NCBI GenBank assembly: GCA_021613535.1
Contig: CP075493.1
Coordinates: 62,001 to 126,000 of the forward strand
DNA length: 64,000 nt
From: Adineta vaga
Taxonomy: Eukaryota > Animalia > Rotifera
Direction of reading: 5' to 3'
A model generated the notes under the pieces. The model saw nothing but the letters and a program-made list of their open reading frames with translations. It was not told the origin of the DNA and ran no database searches. Positions 25,330 through 39,624 of the stretch are shown one piece after another; within the stretch, counting starts at the first letter, position 1, and every line of letters starts with the position of its first letter. Both the position numbers and the translations under genes were made by a program.

Positions 25330-26040
25330 TCAATAATTAGATTATTAATAACGATTTTATTTATCTTTATACACAAATTTCAATATTATCATTAAATCAT
25401 TCATTCTTATAAACAAGTCAATGTTATTCATTAGATTTTCTTCTTCGAATTTATATCTTCATATGTATCAATGGAAAGAACAATAACAGTTATTCAAAGT
25501 ATTTGATTTGTGAAAAATAAAAAGTATACAATTCGTTAAAAAATTTATAATTTTTCTTTTATTATTCACTATTTTAACATCAATTCATAATCCAATTTAT
25601 CGACATTTATTTCAAGAAGAAAATGAAAATGATAATAATAAAATAATAATATGGTGTATTGTCAATTATTCTTTGAAATTACAAATTTATAATCCAATAA
25701 TAAATACATTTCATTTTTATTATTCTATTTCTTATTAATTTTATTTCATCAATTATTTTAATAACAAAAACATCTCATCAACAATTTATTCTTCATAAAA
25801 ATCGATCTTATAAAGATATGTTACATGAGAAAATTGGAGAACATCAACATTTATTGGTTGCATCTGTTATTTTAATTATTCTTGCTTTACCACGTTTAGT
25901 TCTATCCTATGTATCGAAATGGATGAATTCAACAAGAGATTCATGAATATTTCTTTGTGATTATTTTATTTCATTTATTCCACCAATGATTACTTTCCTT
26001 ATCTTTGTTTTACCATCGAAATTTTACAGAATATTATAAT
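25330..26040 (+). pseudogene. Rhodopsin-like 7TM receptor C-terminal fragment (decayed)
   Basis: DFLLRI..SMERTITVIQ..SIHNPIYRHL...IWCIVNYS..HQHLLVASVILIILALPRLVLSY..YFISFIPPMITFLIFVLPSKFYR with stops and indels. Confidence 0.7.
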
Positions 26041-26608
26041 AAACATAAACTAAAAATCTGGTGAAAATGGAAGTTTGATGATTTCTTCTTTGTCTGTACT
26101 TTTTATTGTTTTCTTAATAAATTAAAAATAATAATAAAAACAAGAAAATGTTCAATCATGTTTTGAATTGAGGATAAACATGATAAAATATGAATATGTT
26201 ATGTTTTTTTCTTCTCATTTTTGAAATATAGATCGGTTATTTGTTCTTTTATAAGTAAAATAATTTGTAAAAATATTAATAATATCCATCAGACAGATAT
26301 AACTGTTATAAAATTTGTTATGAACACTTTGATGAAAAAGGAATTGATCAGTACGCAAAGCTTATTCTATCTCACAACAACGATATAAAATATACTTTCT
26401 GCGTAACGAATTACTACTTTTATTCCTACATGTCAATAATAAAGAAAATACCAACACGTTGTTGTCTTATCAATACATATACTGACATAATTATTTTTTA
26501 TAGATATGTCTTTTTTTTTTTGTATTAGATTTTACAAGGCTAAACAATGTAAAGAGTAACTAGAATGATAATTAACATATTGAATAAAGTTTAGTTGATA
26601 ATCAAATC

Positions 26609-28273
26609 TTAATTTTGTAAAAGAACTGTAACATTATTTGAAGTATAATTTGGAACAATTATATCCGGTTTATTATCATTGTTTATATCAATTACGATTA
26701 TGTAAAAGGGCGCATTACCGACATTGTAAGTCATTTCAGATGAAAAGGTACCATTTCCTTGATTATAAAGAATACTAATAGTATTAGAATCAGTATTTGC
26801 AGCAATAATATCTGGTTTATGATCTCCATTTAAATCAACAACTGATACAGAATGTGGTTGTGAACCAACATTGTAAGTAATTTGAGATGAAAAAGTACCA
26901 TTACCTTGATTATAAAGAATACTAGTAGTATTTGCACCATTATTTGAAGTAATAATATCCAATTTATTATCTTCATTTATGTCGACAACTGCTAATGAAT
27001 ATGGATTGGAACCAACAGCATATTTAACTGATGTAGAAAAATTGCCATTTCCTTTATTGAAAATAATATTTGTAGTGTTACTAGACGATATTGCAATAAT
27101 ATCAAGTTTTTTATCATCATTAATGTCAGCGACGACTAAATAACGTGGTAAATTACAAATTGTGTAATTTCCTTGAATATAAAATGTTCCATTGCCTAAA
27201 TTTAAGAGTATAACAGCAGTTCCAGCATTAAATGTAGTAACAATAATATCAGTTTTATTATCATTATTTATATCAGCAGTAGTTATTGAAAATGGTCTAT
27301 TATTTATTGTATAATTATTTTGAATATAAAAATTTCCATATCCTGTATTAAAATAAACAGTAATGATATCAATACTATTATCCATATTAACATCACATGT
27401 TGTTAAAAAAAAATGGAGATGCACCAGTTGGGTAAGTTATTTGTGTATTAAATGTTCCATTACCTTTATTATAAAGAATACTAAAGGTATTCGCCGCCTT
27501 ATTTGCCACAATTATATCTAATTGATTGTCATTATTAAGATCAGCAACGGCAATTGAATATGGTCCGCTTCCAACTGCATAAGTTGTTTGATTATAAAAT
27601 GCACCATTAAATGTCGTTGTTGATGTTGACGATGTTGATGTCGACGTAGTAATTGGTTCTATTATATGTAGAAATTAGACAAAAATAAGAAATATATATT
27701 GAAAATGAGTTTCTTTATCTATAAAGAATAGCTGCAATTCTTCGATAAAAACAAAAACTTCAAAGCACAAAACTGTGTTATTTTTTGTGCAAAATTCATA
27801 TGAGATTTCCTGAAAACTTTGTTTCTCTCTAATAGATTTCAGACTATAAAATTTCATCTGGAACTACGAGAATACTGGCAATAAATGATGAACACTAAGA
27901 TTTTTTCAATCTTTATCATTGTATTTAAACAAACCTGATGGTACTCGTGTTCCATCTTTGACTATCATAGTAATCATTCCTGTGCTTGCTTGTAAATCAG
28001 TACTTGGATCCAGTGTATCAGAAAAAATTGACATCTAGAAGTTGATAATTGAAAATTAATCGATTTGCATTGAGTATAATATAAACATTTTGTTTGACAT
28101 TGACGAACATTCGAAACAGTAACAGTAGAAAATGGTAAACATGTTGTTGTAGCACATTGAAATTGCCATCCATTCATAATAGACATTTTGAATGATGTCA
28201 TATCTTGTGTTTCTATTTGTTTCAATATAATAAACAGAATCAATATTGATATTTTCATGGAAATCATAATCAA
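26609..28273 (-). CDS. Secreted PAN/apple-like domain + FG-GAP/VCBS-repeat beta-propeller protein (2 exons; two 1-nt homopolymer frameshifts)
   Basis: Exon 1 (28273-27935): signal peptide plus C..TTC...C...C.....C.SINF....C. Intron 27934-27659 (GT..AG). Exon 2: Thr/Ser linker then ~7 repeats of D(I/L)NxDxxxDII..N..S..ISILYNQGNGTF. Frameshifts at A-runs ~28022 and ~27405. Confidence 0.85.
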
Positions 28274-28737
28274 TCTGGCCGTAATTTCTATGATAAAAGA
28301 GAATTTGTTTAATTAAAAGTACAACTCAAAACAGAAACTACCCAGGACGATGGTTCCACAGGACGGATCCGCTTGGAACCTCCAGGATCCTATAGTCTTT
28401 CCGGCTCTTTCCTGCAGGTTCCATACGGGAAGACCAAGGAACCCGCCGGAACTTAAAAGGGAACATGGAAGCAGTATTCCCAAAGGTACTTCGCGGAACA
28501 GGAACCCTTTATATCCCATTTCCTCCCACCGCAGGAACTCCACTGGAAACGAATAGTGACCCATCGGATACGACCGGAACGATTATAGGAACCCGCCGGG
28601 AATGACCGGATATACTTTCAGCAACGGACGGAAATACACCGTATCCTATATAACACAAACACATTTTCGTTATATAAATTTATCACATGAATCATGTTAC
28701 AAAATACTTCACTAGTTGACCTCTGCTTCTCGCCTAC

Positions 28738-28896
28738 GATTTTTCGTGATTTACCGTCAAAATCCAAGAAATCCTCGTTGATTTCGGTTGGATTTTTCGT
28801 GATTTACCATCAAAATCCAAGAAATCCTCGTTGATTTCGGTTGGATTTTTCGTGATTTACCATCAAAATCCAAGAAATCCTCGTTGATTTCGAATG
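28738..28896. repeat. 53-bp tandem repeat x3 inside the CMC element
   Basis: GATTTTTCGTGATTTACC(A/G)TCAAAATCCAAGAAATCCTCGTTGATTTCGGTTG at 28738, 28791, 28844. Confidence 0.92.
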
Positions 28897-30081
28897 GATG
28901 TCTGGTGAGTTAGCCTAAAAATCCTCATGGATTGAATATAGCGAACGAATATCGGGAGCGATTTGGTGCAAACTTCAAGAAGAGATGCACATTGAAAAGT
29001 CCGAGTAAATACTCATATATATATAGAACTTCTACTTCAAAACAAAACGGTGAATAGGTATTGGCGCATCAATCGGCATAAATCGGATGTAAATTAGATT
29101 GTGTCTCAATCTGTAATATAGATAAAAGTCAGTAGAAAGACGTATGTATATAGGACTGGTACCGAAAAACAGAAGGGTATACGGATGTTGAATGGTGAAT
29201 AGAATTCGTATGATAATTTGATTGCTATTTAAATGTTGGAAAGAGATTGGTATATAGCATTGTTTTGGGTAGCATTCATTGACACTATGATGTATAATGA
29301 AAGTTAGATGGAACGCTGATTGGAATTAGTATAATTATATGAAGGTTTTTGTAAATAAATTATACGTAAGACATATTTTGTTGCCAAACATAGGGAAACG
29401 AGTAGGCTGATCCAGTAAAATGATTTTCACGGTGGGGTCATGGTATCGAATAAATTGGCAATAACAAAGTCTAAGTCGTTCTGAGAAGCAGAAATTTTGT
29501 TGAATTGGTATGGTGACTTATTTTTATAAATATGCCTTTGAATTGGTATTGTAATGGACAGACATCTATTGATTATTTATTTGGAATTTTCTTGTACAAT
29601 ATGGAAATAATAGGTTTGCTTTATAAATTACTAGCTGCAAATAATTGTTTTTATGGATTAGAAAGTTTGGGTATGATGAGTGATGACGCACCTCTATTAT
29701 TAAGTCGCAAACGAATCACTGATGACTTTAGCTGGATTTATCGTCTATATCCAGGACATCGTATTCTCTTATGATGATTTTTCCTTTATTCATTTCGAAT
29801 ACTCTCTCGATGTGCGTTCGTAGTCCTTTCACTCGTATATATTAACTAAGAAACACGATAAAATCAGTCGAAAATCACTATTCAAATCATTCCCTCATTG
29901 AATAGTACTGATCGATATAAAATCGAATCGAATAATATTATGAATGTAAAATTTTAGATTGTTTTTATCGTGTTACTCGGTTTGTTCTAATATCTCGAAG
30001 AAAAAGTCTCCTTGGAAAACGAAATGAACTAAGAAGAATTATTGATCAAAATGGTAAATTTTATACTTTATTTCTCTGGTT

Positions 30082-31036
30082 ATGTTGTATGGAGTTTTAG
30101 ATCGTGCACAAGATGAAAATTCGTCACTATCAATCGACAATAAATTAAATGGGAATCACAATATTCCTTTTATTGAAAGCAAGGAAGAACAAATTAATTC
30201 AAGCATGAATAATGCTGTTTCACCAATACAAGGAATTGATTTTCAAGGTGCACAAATAAAAACCGATTCAGCTTTGAAGAATATTTCCAATATCAAAATG
30301 GAAACTAAACCATATCTAACGGATCTGAATACAACAAGTAATATATTAACAAATATGACTTGATTTATTTTGTAAAAGGATTGAACATCATATATAAACT
30401 TAGATCCTGAACCTATTGTCGGCCAAAAACGATCTGCTGATGAATTGCATTACATCAACACGGATTATGTAAACGAACTCGATCTTCCACAATTGAAACG
30501 ATTTTGTATGAACTTACAAGCTCGAGTTATTCGATTAGAAGCAGCATGGATACGTATATTAATAATTGAAAATCTTTTTTATATGATTCAGATTCATGTA
30601 TTTAGCATCTGTTGAAGATGTCGAGATCGTTCAAAATACTTTGAATGATATGTTTGAAGGTGTCAATCGATGTGGTATTGTTTTGGACAATAACAAAAAC
30701 ACCATGAATGCAATGAAATTATTAAATATTGACAACGATGGAATGATCAAATTGAACAAAGCAACTGCTACAGCAATAGCTCGATCGTTAATTAAGCACA
30801 AATTTCCTAATCCACCGATCAACTTCAAATTGGTCGATGTCGACACAGAAATTATTGATGCCATACTATGTAAGTGCGATTTTGATGTTTTCATCATTTA
30901 TCTACATGACATTTGTTCTATAGTATTGTCCAAACTAGCACATCCAAATGACATGTCATCAGCTGCCAAAATACGTCGCGCTATCAGCAATTATTTTGCG
31001 ACGATGACGTACAGAAAAAAACTTAATAATGTTTAA
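30082..31036 (+). CDS. Spliced accessory gene, coiled coil + BEN-like helical C-terminal domain
   Basis: Multi-exon: ..LKRFCMNLQARVIRLE.. then ATATAIARSLIKHKFP...DTEIIDAIL|LSKLAHP..SAAKIRRAISNYF. Exon boundaries approximate. Confidence 0.5.
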
Positions 31037-31248
31037 TACATGCATTAAAGAATAAAAATAGGACCTTTTATGAAAACGATGAGAAGTAGTCCTTCTCTAA
31101 ATATTGACACAAATACGTTTTTTTTATTCAAGTTGTTTAGTTTTTTGTTCATTGTGTGGTTGACCTTCTTCTGCTGAAATCCAATTTTCTTTATATTCAA
31201 GTTGTTCATACAGAAGCATGTCTATGATCTTTATCATTCTTCTGTCTT

Positions 31249-31760
31249 TTTATGTACTCAAAAAGTGAGTACACTACTAGAATCGGTCAGTGTGTCCGGC
31301 CGTTTACACGATAACTCTTCAGAACTACATTTGTTCGATCTAAAATTTTCGTGCAGAAAATTGCTTCATCAATATCTCGGTCGAGTTCGAAGATGAGAAT
31401 GATCTCTCGAGAAATGGCTGAGTTATCGAAAAAATAGTCATTTTTGACCAGACCATCCCTGAGGGGGGATACAGGGTTTTTTGAAAAAAACATTTTCTCT
31501 GAAAATTTTTTAAAACATGTATGAATCGACTCAGTTTTTAACGCTGATTCCGAATCTGATATTGGTTTTGAGTCAAATCGTAGTTTACTAATGAAAAAAT
31601 GCTTAAAAATGGTCTCAAAATGCGCAAAAACTGTATTTTAACATCGAATTGCCTAAATACGTTTGGTATGATCTGTAGTTTGGGAGTTTCCCAAATGCTT
31701 GGTTTTGTAGCTAGTCGGAACGACTATCAAAAGAGAAAAACCTGATCTCCAAACCTATTG
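31249..31760 (+). mobile_element. DINE-1/HINE-like (Helentron-derived) insertion, composite
   Basis: T-run then TGTACTC-AAAAAGT-GAGTACA inverted repeat, CTAGAATCGG, GTGTGTCCGGCCGTTTACACGATAACTC core; small 3' hairpin TAGTCGGAACGACTA. Confidence 0.4.
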
Positions 31761-32939
31761 ATATTGATGATCTATTACGAAAATGCTGATATGTGTATCT
31801 ATCATAGATCTTTTATAGATTCATGAGGTTGCATATGACCGTTATTCCGATAGATTCCAATACAAAAATTCATTCATAACTCAACATGAAATATCTTGCT
31901 CATTGAAAAATTTCTCGTGGTAATTCTGATGCGTAGACATTCTAGAATGGTCCATCTCTCCCATACACTTTTTGCAGTACACATAACTCTCGGATAAAAT
32001 CCGAAGTTTCCCCATTTATTTTATTTGTTTTTATTCATATGAACATGTTATCCTAGAAGTTATATCTTCTTTTCGATTATTGTTTAATTTCACTCTTGCG
32101 ATTTACTTTTTTCTTCCATGTTTGTATTAAGACGTGTTATTTATTCTCTTGAAAATTCAACTTTTATGAAACAAATCAATCATGATGTCGAATAAAACAA
32201 AGATGTAACACGACAACATAAAAATTTCATCATTTTTCTCCTAGAATTTGCTTTGTTCTTTTCAAACTATATGTCTGATTTATCAACTCTAAAGAATTAG
32301 AATATTTATAAAAATAATCGCCTCTGTTAAGGATGAATAGAATAAATCATTAAACTCGTTAAAACATGACTTACAATATTCGAAAATAATGAAAAAAATT
32401 ATGGTTATGATATAAGTTTCTTTTATATCATATTGTCACAAGAATAGGTGACGAGATTAGTTTATTCCTGGTTAAAAAATCATCTCACCTTTTTAATTAA
32501 AAAGATCGTTCCAAATAATTATACTAATCATATATTTTATAAGAAAGAAAATTTATTGTTCTGAAAAGCCACTATTTTTTCTATTGGTACATTGGTTTTC
32601 ACAATGGTATTTGTTGAAAGAATATTGCTTCATTAAGATGTAAACGAAATGATTTGATAATAAAAAACATTTCGTTAGGTACATGAGAATATTGAAAATT
32701 CTTTGAAAAATGACATTTAATTTGATAATGGAAGTCCGAATAAGTTAATCTAATCGTCAATGAATTTACAAATTTGATGTAACCAACGCAAGAAATACGA
32801 GTAGTGCTTCACAATTTAATAAAGTAAAAATGATTTTTTTCAGTAAAACAATAATTGAACTATATAAGATAATCATAAGAACGAAGAAGAGAAAAGAGAA
32901 GAACAAAGATTTCAAAAGAAGTTATTTGGTCCATCTGAA

Positions 32940-34788
32940 CTAAGTATATTGATATAATTGAACTATTACTCTGCACATTGGTTATCCATCGTTTCTTGAT
33001 TATCATCTGAAACTGGTTGTGCCATGTTTTGCTGAATTTGGAAATAAAAGTGTTTTTATAATAAAATCATCACAGCATGTTTTCAACAGTTACCTTTGAC
33101 TTTCGTTCTTGACAACAAATTCTTCTCCGGCATTCTCTCCTTCGCTCCTCGTATAAAAAATTAGATAATTTCGCACGTAATATGTCATTAAAACATTGTT
33201 CCATGAGTACCGAATCTAATCGAAATTTAATACGAATTGCTTCTATAATTACATTTAAATTGATTGAAGAAATATAATCAAAAGATTCACCAGATATTTT
33301 TACCAATTAAAATGTTAAATCTTTCATGATCAAGCGATGGTCGACGAAAATGTTCTCTTTCTGGTGGAAGAATATGTGTTTTAAGTTCTTCCTGAGAGAA
33401 CAAAATTTTTAAAGTTCGTCTAGCAAAATCGATAATATCTTTCGCTGGTGTATGTAACAAGTTTCTGCTTCCATACATCTAAATGGTCGAAAGCAACAAG
33501 TTTTCGTTTGACTTGAGAAGCAATTTATATTACATACGTATTCGGAAGGGAAATTTTCACCATTTTCATTTCTATATTGATCTAAAACTTTGGAACTCTA
33601 TGAAAGAAAAAGTAAGCTAGTTTCATTTATCATAACTATCGTATCATTCTAAACCTGAATGTAATTGCTCTCGCAATAAAACGCAAATTTTCTTTCCATT
33701 CGTTTAAGTGTTTTGTTGATCATATTTTGTTGGAGAATCATTTGATTTTCAATACGATTTAATGAATCTAATTATGAGAAACAGGCAAAATCAAATAAAT
33801 TTGAAAGGCATTAAGGAGATTATTACCATTTGAATTTGTTTCATTATCAATTAATAGATCTGAATCACAAATTCTTTGTTTATTTGGTTGGACTTGATTA
33901 TATAGAGCTTTCAAAAGGAATATTATTATTTTACAAAAAATACTCACAATTTGTATTGTCTACACGTTGTCGTTTAGGCTTACTATCATTTACAACAGTT
34001 TGCTTTCGTTTTGTTTTATTCGTGCTTGATTGATGTTTTTGTTTCGAGGTGGTAGTTGGACGAGTAATACGATCATCTCCAAAATCAACATCTAAATTAC
34101 GAAGAAATAAAGTGTGGATTATTTGCGTTTGATGAAAAATGCCAAAGAATAAAATAATGAGTAGGAAAACGTCGAAAAAAGAAAATACCCGTGGAATTTT
34201 TCTTTTTCTTTTCTCAACGTTTTCTTATATATTTTTATTTTACGTACCTTCTTCATTTGGTTGAAGATTAACACGAGATGCGTCACATAAAATAGTTTGA
34301 TGGTTAAATGAAGATATATCATGTACTGAATCGTCCTCTTGAACATTAATCAAGTAATCATTTCCATCAATCATACCATTATTAAAAGTTTTGACTAAAA
34401 CTTAACTAATAAATATTATATAGATACTAAAGCAGGATACTCACAACGTGTATTTTCAACAGAATCTTGTTGAGAATTTCTTGTTATCTTTCTTTGTTTT
34501 GTTTCGCAACACTCCAAAGTTCCTACAAGTAGATCGTTAATTGATTGGCAAATGTAAGAACAATTAAAAATACTACCTGAAGTAATAATTGTTGCGACTG
34601 TCTTTTTACCGTGAATATTTAATGTAGCCTTATTACCGGATATGTTGTAAATACTGCTGTAGAGAGCTATATTATATGAATTAGTAGATTCGAAATGTAG
34701 TAAAAAAATGACTCGGTCGATCAAATTGATCACTAGGTGAAAGCCTTGTAGGTGGTCGAATAACACGTTTTTCTCGTTGTGTACTCAT
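32940..34788 (-). CDS. Spliced accessory gene with C-terminal BEN domain (some lesions)
   Basis: Start MSTQREKRVIRPPTRLSP; C-terminus DFARRTLKILFSQEELKTHILPP....RPSLDHERFNILI|EAIRIKFRL...LRAKLSNFLYEERRR, a BEN-like pattern. Confidence 0.65.
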
Positions 34789-35000
34789 TTATAAAATATT
34801 TAATCTATAAAAAAAGATCCGATGATGAAAGACAGATAGAACAATAATGTTCTAAGTATGTTAAAATATACGTAAAAACATATTTAATTACTAGTGATTC
34901 ATATCTTAATTGATAACATCTTAGTATCATACATGTTGACATCGAAAAAACATTACATTTTATCAGTATATCTGAAGAGAACACCATACTTTATTCGTTT

Positions 35001-38000
35001 TCAATCATGTTCGTGATACACGGAAACTGGGGTAACAACAAGCGTATCATCTTCTTCAATGACTATGCACATTTCCATGGAATTGAGATTATCAATCAAA
35101 TCAAATCGACTTGATGATTTATCCAATACGAAAAACAATGAATCAATAGGTTTCGATAAAATACTATAATACTTTGAAGAAAGGAAATAATCAGAAAAAT
35201 TATTCTTTATCGTATGCCGATTAAGAATTGCACATTGCTTTTGATTGTAGGACATGAATACTTTGATAACACCAAATGTGTTGTTGTACTTAACAAAGTA
35301 TGAAATAGATGATTGTCTTTTGTCATATGTTAATGAATGATAAACAACTTGCTTATTATTTTTGAATCGTCGATAAAATTTAAGGCAATTGTCTCTTTCT
35401 TTGCAATTACATATTGTTGAATGAATATTTGATATTGTCTTAACATAAATATTATTGTAAATGTTGCTTAAGATGAATTCATATCCACTAATATTTATCT
35501 CAATAAGATCCTCAGGTATGATCGGGCTGTCAAAAACACCTTCAGATGTTGAAGTTTGAGACGCTGATGCATAAAATTTTTTCTCATTATATAGAGCAAA
35601 ATCAATCTGAAATAAGGAAAGACATTTCCTGTAAATAATCTTTCTTAAATAATCACTTAGTATTGGATTCTTATATTGTCACAGTCATGTGATTTCAATG
35701 GTTGCCTTATACATAAATAATTCTGGTAAGATAAACGATTGGTTATAAACTTGTTTAATAAAAAAGAAACGAAATAATTGTTTCAGGAATGCTTTTTTTG
35801 CGTAATTATCGAGAAAATGTTTTACAGACTAAGAGCATCTCCTGTGGAGGCTTCCGTGACCGTAAACTACAGCATATATTAACATAAATAAAATCTCACT
35901 AATGTTGTTGTTAGAAAACTATGCTTTTCAAAGATTAAAGAATTTAGCAATCTGACAATATGAGTCTCACTGATCTAGGAAAAAACGACAAATATATGTA
36001 AGGGAAACTTACATTCAAATAGAAAATAAGTTGGTCACCCCAGTAAGTAGTCCCGTGCTTCAACTTTGACACAAAGCCCATAAAATCTTCTTGAGAAAAT
36101 GTGTTAATGTTAGACAAACTACCATGATTTCTATAAAGTTGCGAGAAATGATAATGGATGTGAAGTACAAAGTTTTGTAGACCAGAATGGAACTTGTCAT
36201 GATCACGATAGAACGCTACCAACAATGTATGTGCCACATTTGCTGTTTGTTGACCAAATATACGACGACCATGAAGTAGCTAAAACAAAGAAATATATTT
36301 GACTCAATTATTCAGGATTAGATGATAATACAGAACAGAATAACTTTTTTATCTTTCTATTCAATAGACATATATTATTAATTGATGAATTTCAAATGCA
36401 TATTTGCTATTTGTTATTCTATTAAAGTCATTAGAGATTAATGAATGGAATACGATATGTATACGTAAAAGGAATAAGATTATTTCCTATTTGTCTTAAT
36501 ATAAAAAATAATTCTGCAATAAGTCAAGAACATAATCACAAAAATCAACAATCCAATTGAATCTTGACTTTCTCCATGGCAAAGTATCTCAGCTATCAAT
36601 AAAGTTCAATTCGTTCGAAAGGACTATTCAGACAGCTTCTTAGTTCATTTGAACGCGGTTTGTGAACATGAACTGTGCTACTTCAAATAATCATCAGGTA
36701 GAAAAATGCATGGACATGTACTTTTTGATACTTCATACATATTTAATTAAAAGTCGCAAACGTATATGGTAATATCTTGCTAGGAACGGTCTTATATTTA
36801 ATTTCAAATAATATGTTAATATGCAATATTCAACTCATACACTTTTGCATAATCTTCAATCAGTTTAATTTTACTTAAGCGAATACCTGCTACAAAAATT
36901 CCAATATGTGCCACAGTATCAAGAGGAAGCAATTTGTAAATCATCGGTAAAATGCAGAAAAAGAAGATATTTCGCATCTCCGTGACTCTAAAATGGAAGT
37001 AAAAGGTAAATACATAATTCTGATATATTCCTACTTTAAATATGGTTGATCAAGTACTTTTATTTTCCGATTGAATATATGTGGAAAACGTTGACTATAA
37101 ATTTTTTCATCGAGTTGAGTACGCTGTTTAGGTTTCATATGATTTCTATATAGAGCAAGACATAGTGCTTTTGCATGACCCAAAAGGGGTACATGCAGAT
37201 AATCAACTATTACAGATGTAGGCAAAGGAATATCAACAACATTTTCCAAAATCGACATCCGATGACGTCCATTGATGGTGTCTTGAAAATATCGTGCCTT
37301 CCTCGAATCCATTGCAAAATCATATTCACTTCTCATTGAAATATTTTCATCGCAAAGATATTGTCTCTTACTATTTTTGTGCACACCTATAATTTTACAA
37401 AACCAGCAGCAGTTGTAACCAACATGTGAGTTGTGATTTAATATCAAGTTCAAGGCCGGTGTGTCACCAATAACTCCATACACTTTTATCATTATTCGTT
37501 CACCTACCCTTGATGGGAATCCTACAAAGAAACATAATGTGAGAATAGTTTTGTCTTTATTGAATGAAAGATTTTAATGAGAATTTTAAGAAACTGCACA
37601 GTATTAATGTAGCATTTGTGAATAGATCATACTAAGACGAATAACTTCTAACAGATTGATTATTCACTTTATTATGAATACAGAGTATTGTATTTAATTT
37701 GTCATTCTGGAATTGTTTCTTTGCTAACTGATCATATATTACGGGCTAATTCTATAGTATTTGACTGATGTATATGTTTGACAATGAGAAAATCGCGTTC
37801 TATTGGCGAACAGCGATTTACAAGCTAAAGAAACAATGCCGCATCACCTGAAAAGTTGACTTTAAAAGGATATGAAACGATATCTGGACAATCTGTTTCG
37901 CTAATCATCAATTAGGTTTGATGACATCTACACAATAATAGTTGAGTAGAATCTGATAATGAATAAATTCATAACCGTTGAAAGAAATCAGATTGCCTAT

Positions 38001-39624
38001 AGCATGAATGATACGATAACGCGTGTGTTATCATGAAATATAACAGATATATGCATTCTAATGGCGACTCAATCTCCTTCGAAAACTTTTAAATTTGTCA
38101 ATTTTATTATTTACATAAACACACCATTACTTTCGATATTTTCTTAAAGTTTATGATTACCCTTCTTCGAAGTATGTCTTCTCTCTATGTATAATACTCA
38201 CTAAATTCGATGAGTTTATATGAAATAATTTACTTCACATTAATTGTCTCCATATATTTAAAGATCTTTTAGGAAGAATCTTTTTTAATGTGGTTAATAT
38301 ATAACCTATTTAAGTAAGTATAAACACTTGCCGTTTATTTTCAAGTTTTTTAGTTGAGAAAAACAACGATGAAGCCGTAAATTAATATCTGGTTGACTTT
38401 TGGCAATCCATAATGAAAGAATAACATTGTTTTGTCGCTGTATGCGAACAACAGGAGGCAGTTCAACAATTGAGCAACTTAAAATCCATAGTTTTTATGT
38501 CAAAGATTTGCCTAGTGGGATTCCATCTAGATGAAGAATAATACTTATAAAAGTGTGATGAGTAGAATCATAAAGAAATTTGTAATTTTGGTTATATATA
38601 ATATCATTTGATTCATCATCAAATGGTTGATTCGTGAATTGTTCACGATATGAATTGATAACAGAAGATAATCGATCATAAACTTGAGTAAAAAGAGCTT
38701 CTTGTAATGAGTCAAAAATTGTAGCTAAATGTTTCGGCTTATTATCTGGACAATTCCAACATTTTTTCGAGGACATCAACAAATCTTTTCCACATGAAAT
38801 ACATACAATTCGTTTCACAAATAGATTTTCGACTAGAAAAACAATAAATGGTATTTAGTTTTTAAAGGAATCGTTAAAAAACATTCTTGAGAAGAACTCT
38901 TTCGTGAACACTTTCACGAGTTTAAAAATGTGTCTTTCATACAAAAATGATGTTTATTCCAACTAATTGACAACTTATTAAAACTCGAAAGAAAAAATGC
39001 AAAATCGATCAAACTACCTGATAATAAAATGAGTAATCCAGAGTAACTTTTTGGAAATGTATTTGGTTGTGGAAGACTTGAGTAAATCAAACCAATAAGA
39101 TAATTGGCATGACGTTTTGAAATATTCGCTTTACGAATAAAAGTAACGAGTGTTTTGGTGAAAGAATAACAGCTTCCAGTTGTATATGGATGAAGAGTTA
39201 AATCAGATATCTGTTGACGAAAAAATATATTATCAAAATTTGAACTTTCATAAGTAGAATATATTGATTCAGTTTCACGATTTTCTCTTTGTTCGTCGAT
39301 ATTAACTAATGATGATGCAGATGTAATATTAGTTTTTGTTGAAGCCTGTTCGTCAAGCAATGTGAGATTTTGTGAAGAGATTTTATTTGGCATTGATTCT
39401 TCAGTAGAAAACGTGTCACATAATGATGTACTTGAAGAGCATTTCAAACGCGCCATACGTCGATAAAAATTATTTTGTTTCAAACGATTTGCTTTTTTTC
39501 TACTCGCATATTGTAGAGCAATTTCGATTTCATGCAGAATATTTTGTTCTATGAAGAGGATAATTTGATTGGTTTTACCTAAAACTATAGAAATTTTGAG
39601 AATTTGTATTGATAAGGTATTCAT
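35001..39624 (-). pseudogene. En/Spm-type (Transposase_21/TnpD-like) transposase, multi-exon, with frameshifts
   Basis: FIRKANISK..LPQPNTFP; CISC...CWNC; ISIILHLDG..(fs)..ELPP; IGDTPA...HVGYNCCWFCKIIG; IVDYLH; LHIHYHF..YRNHGSL...TFSQEDFMG. Confidence 0.85.

Noticed and set aside
28313-28564. ORFs in GC-rich blocks (also 40518-40836, 56495-56839, 10022-10599)
   Set aside because: Open frames arise from stop-poor GC-rich transposon termini and MITEs.
28950-29780. Possible third accessory gene in the CMC element
   Set aside because: Looks coding-like in composition, but no continuous frame or motif could be reconstructed.
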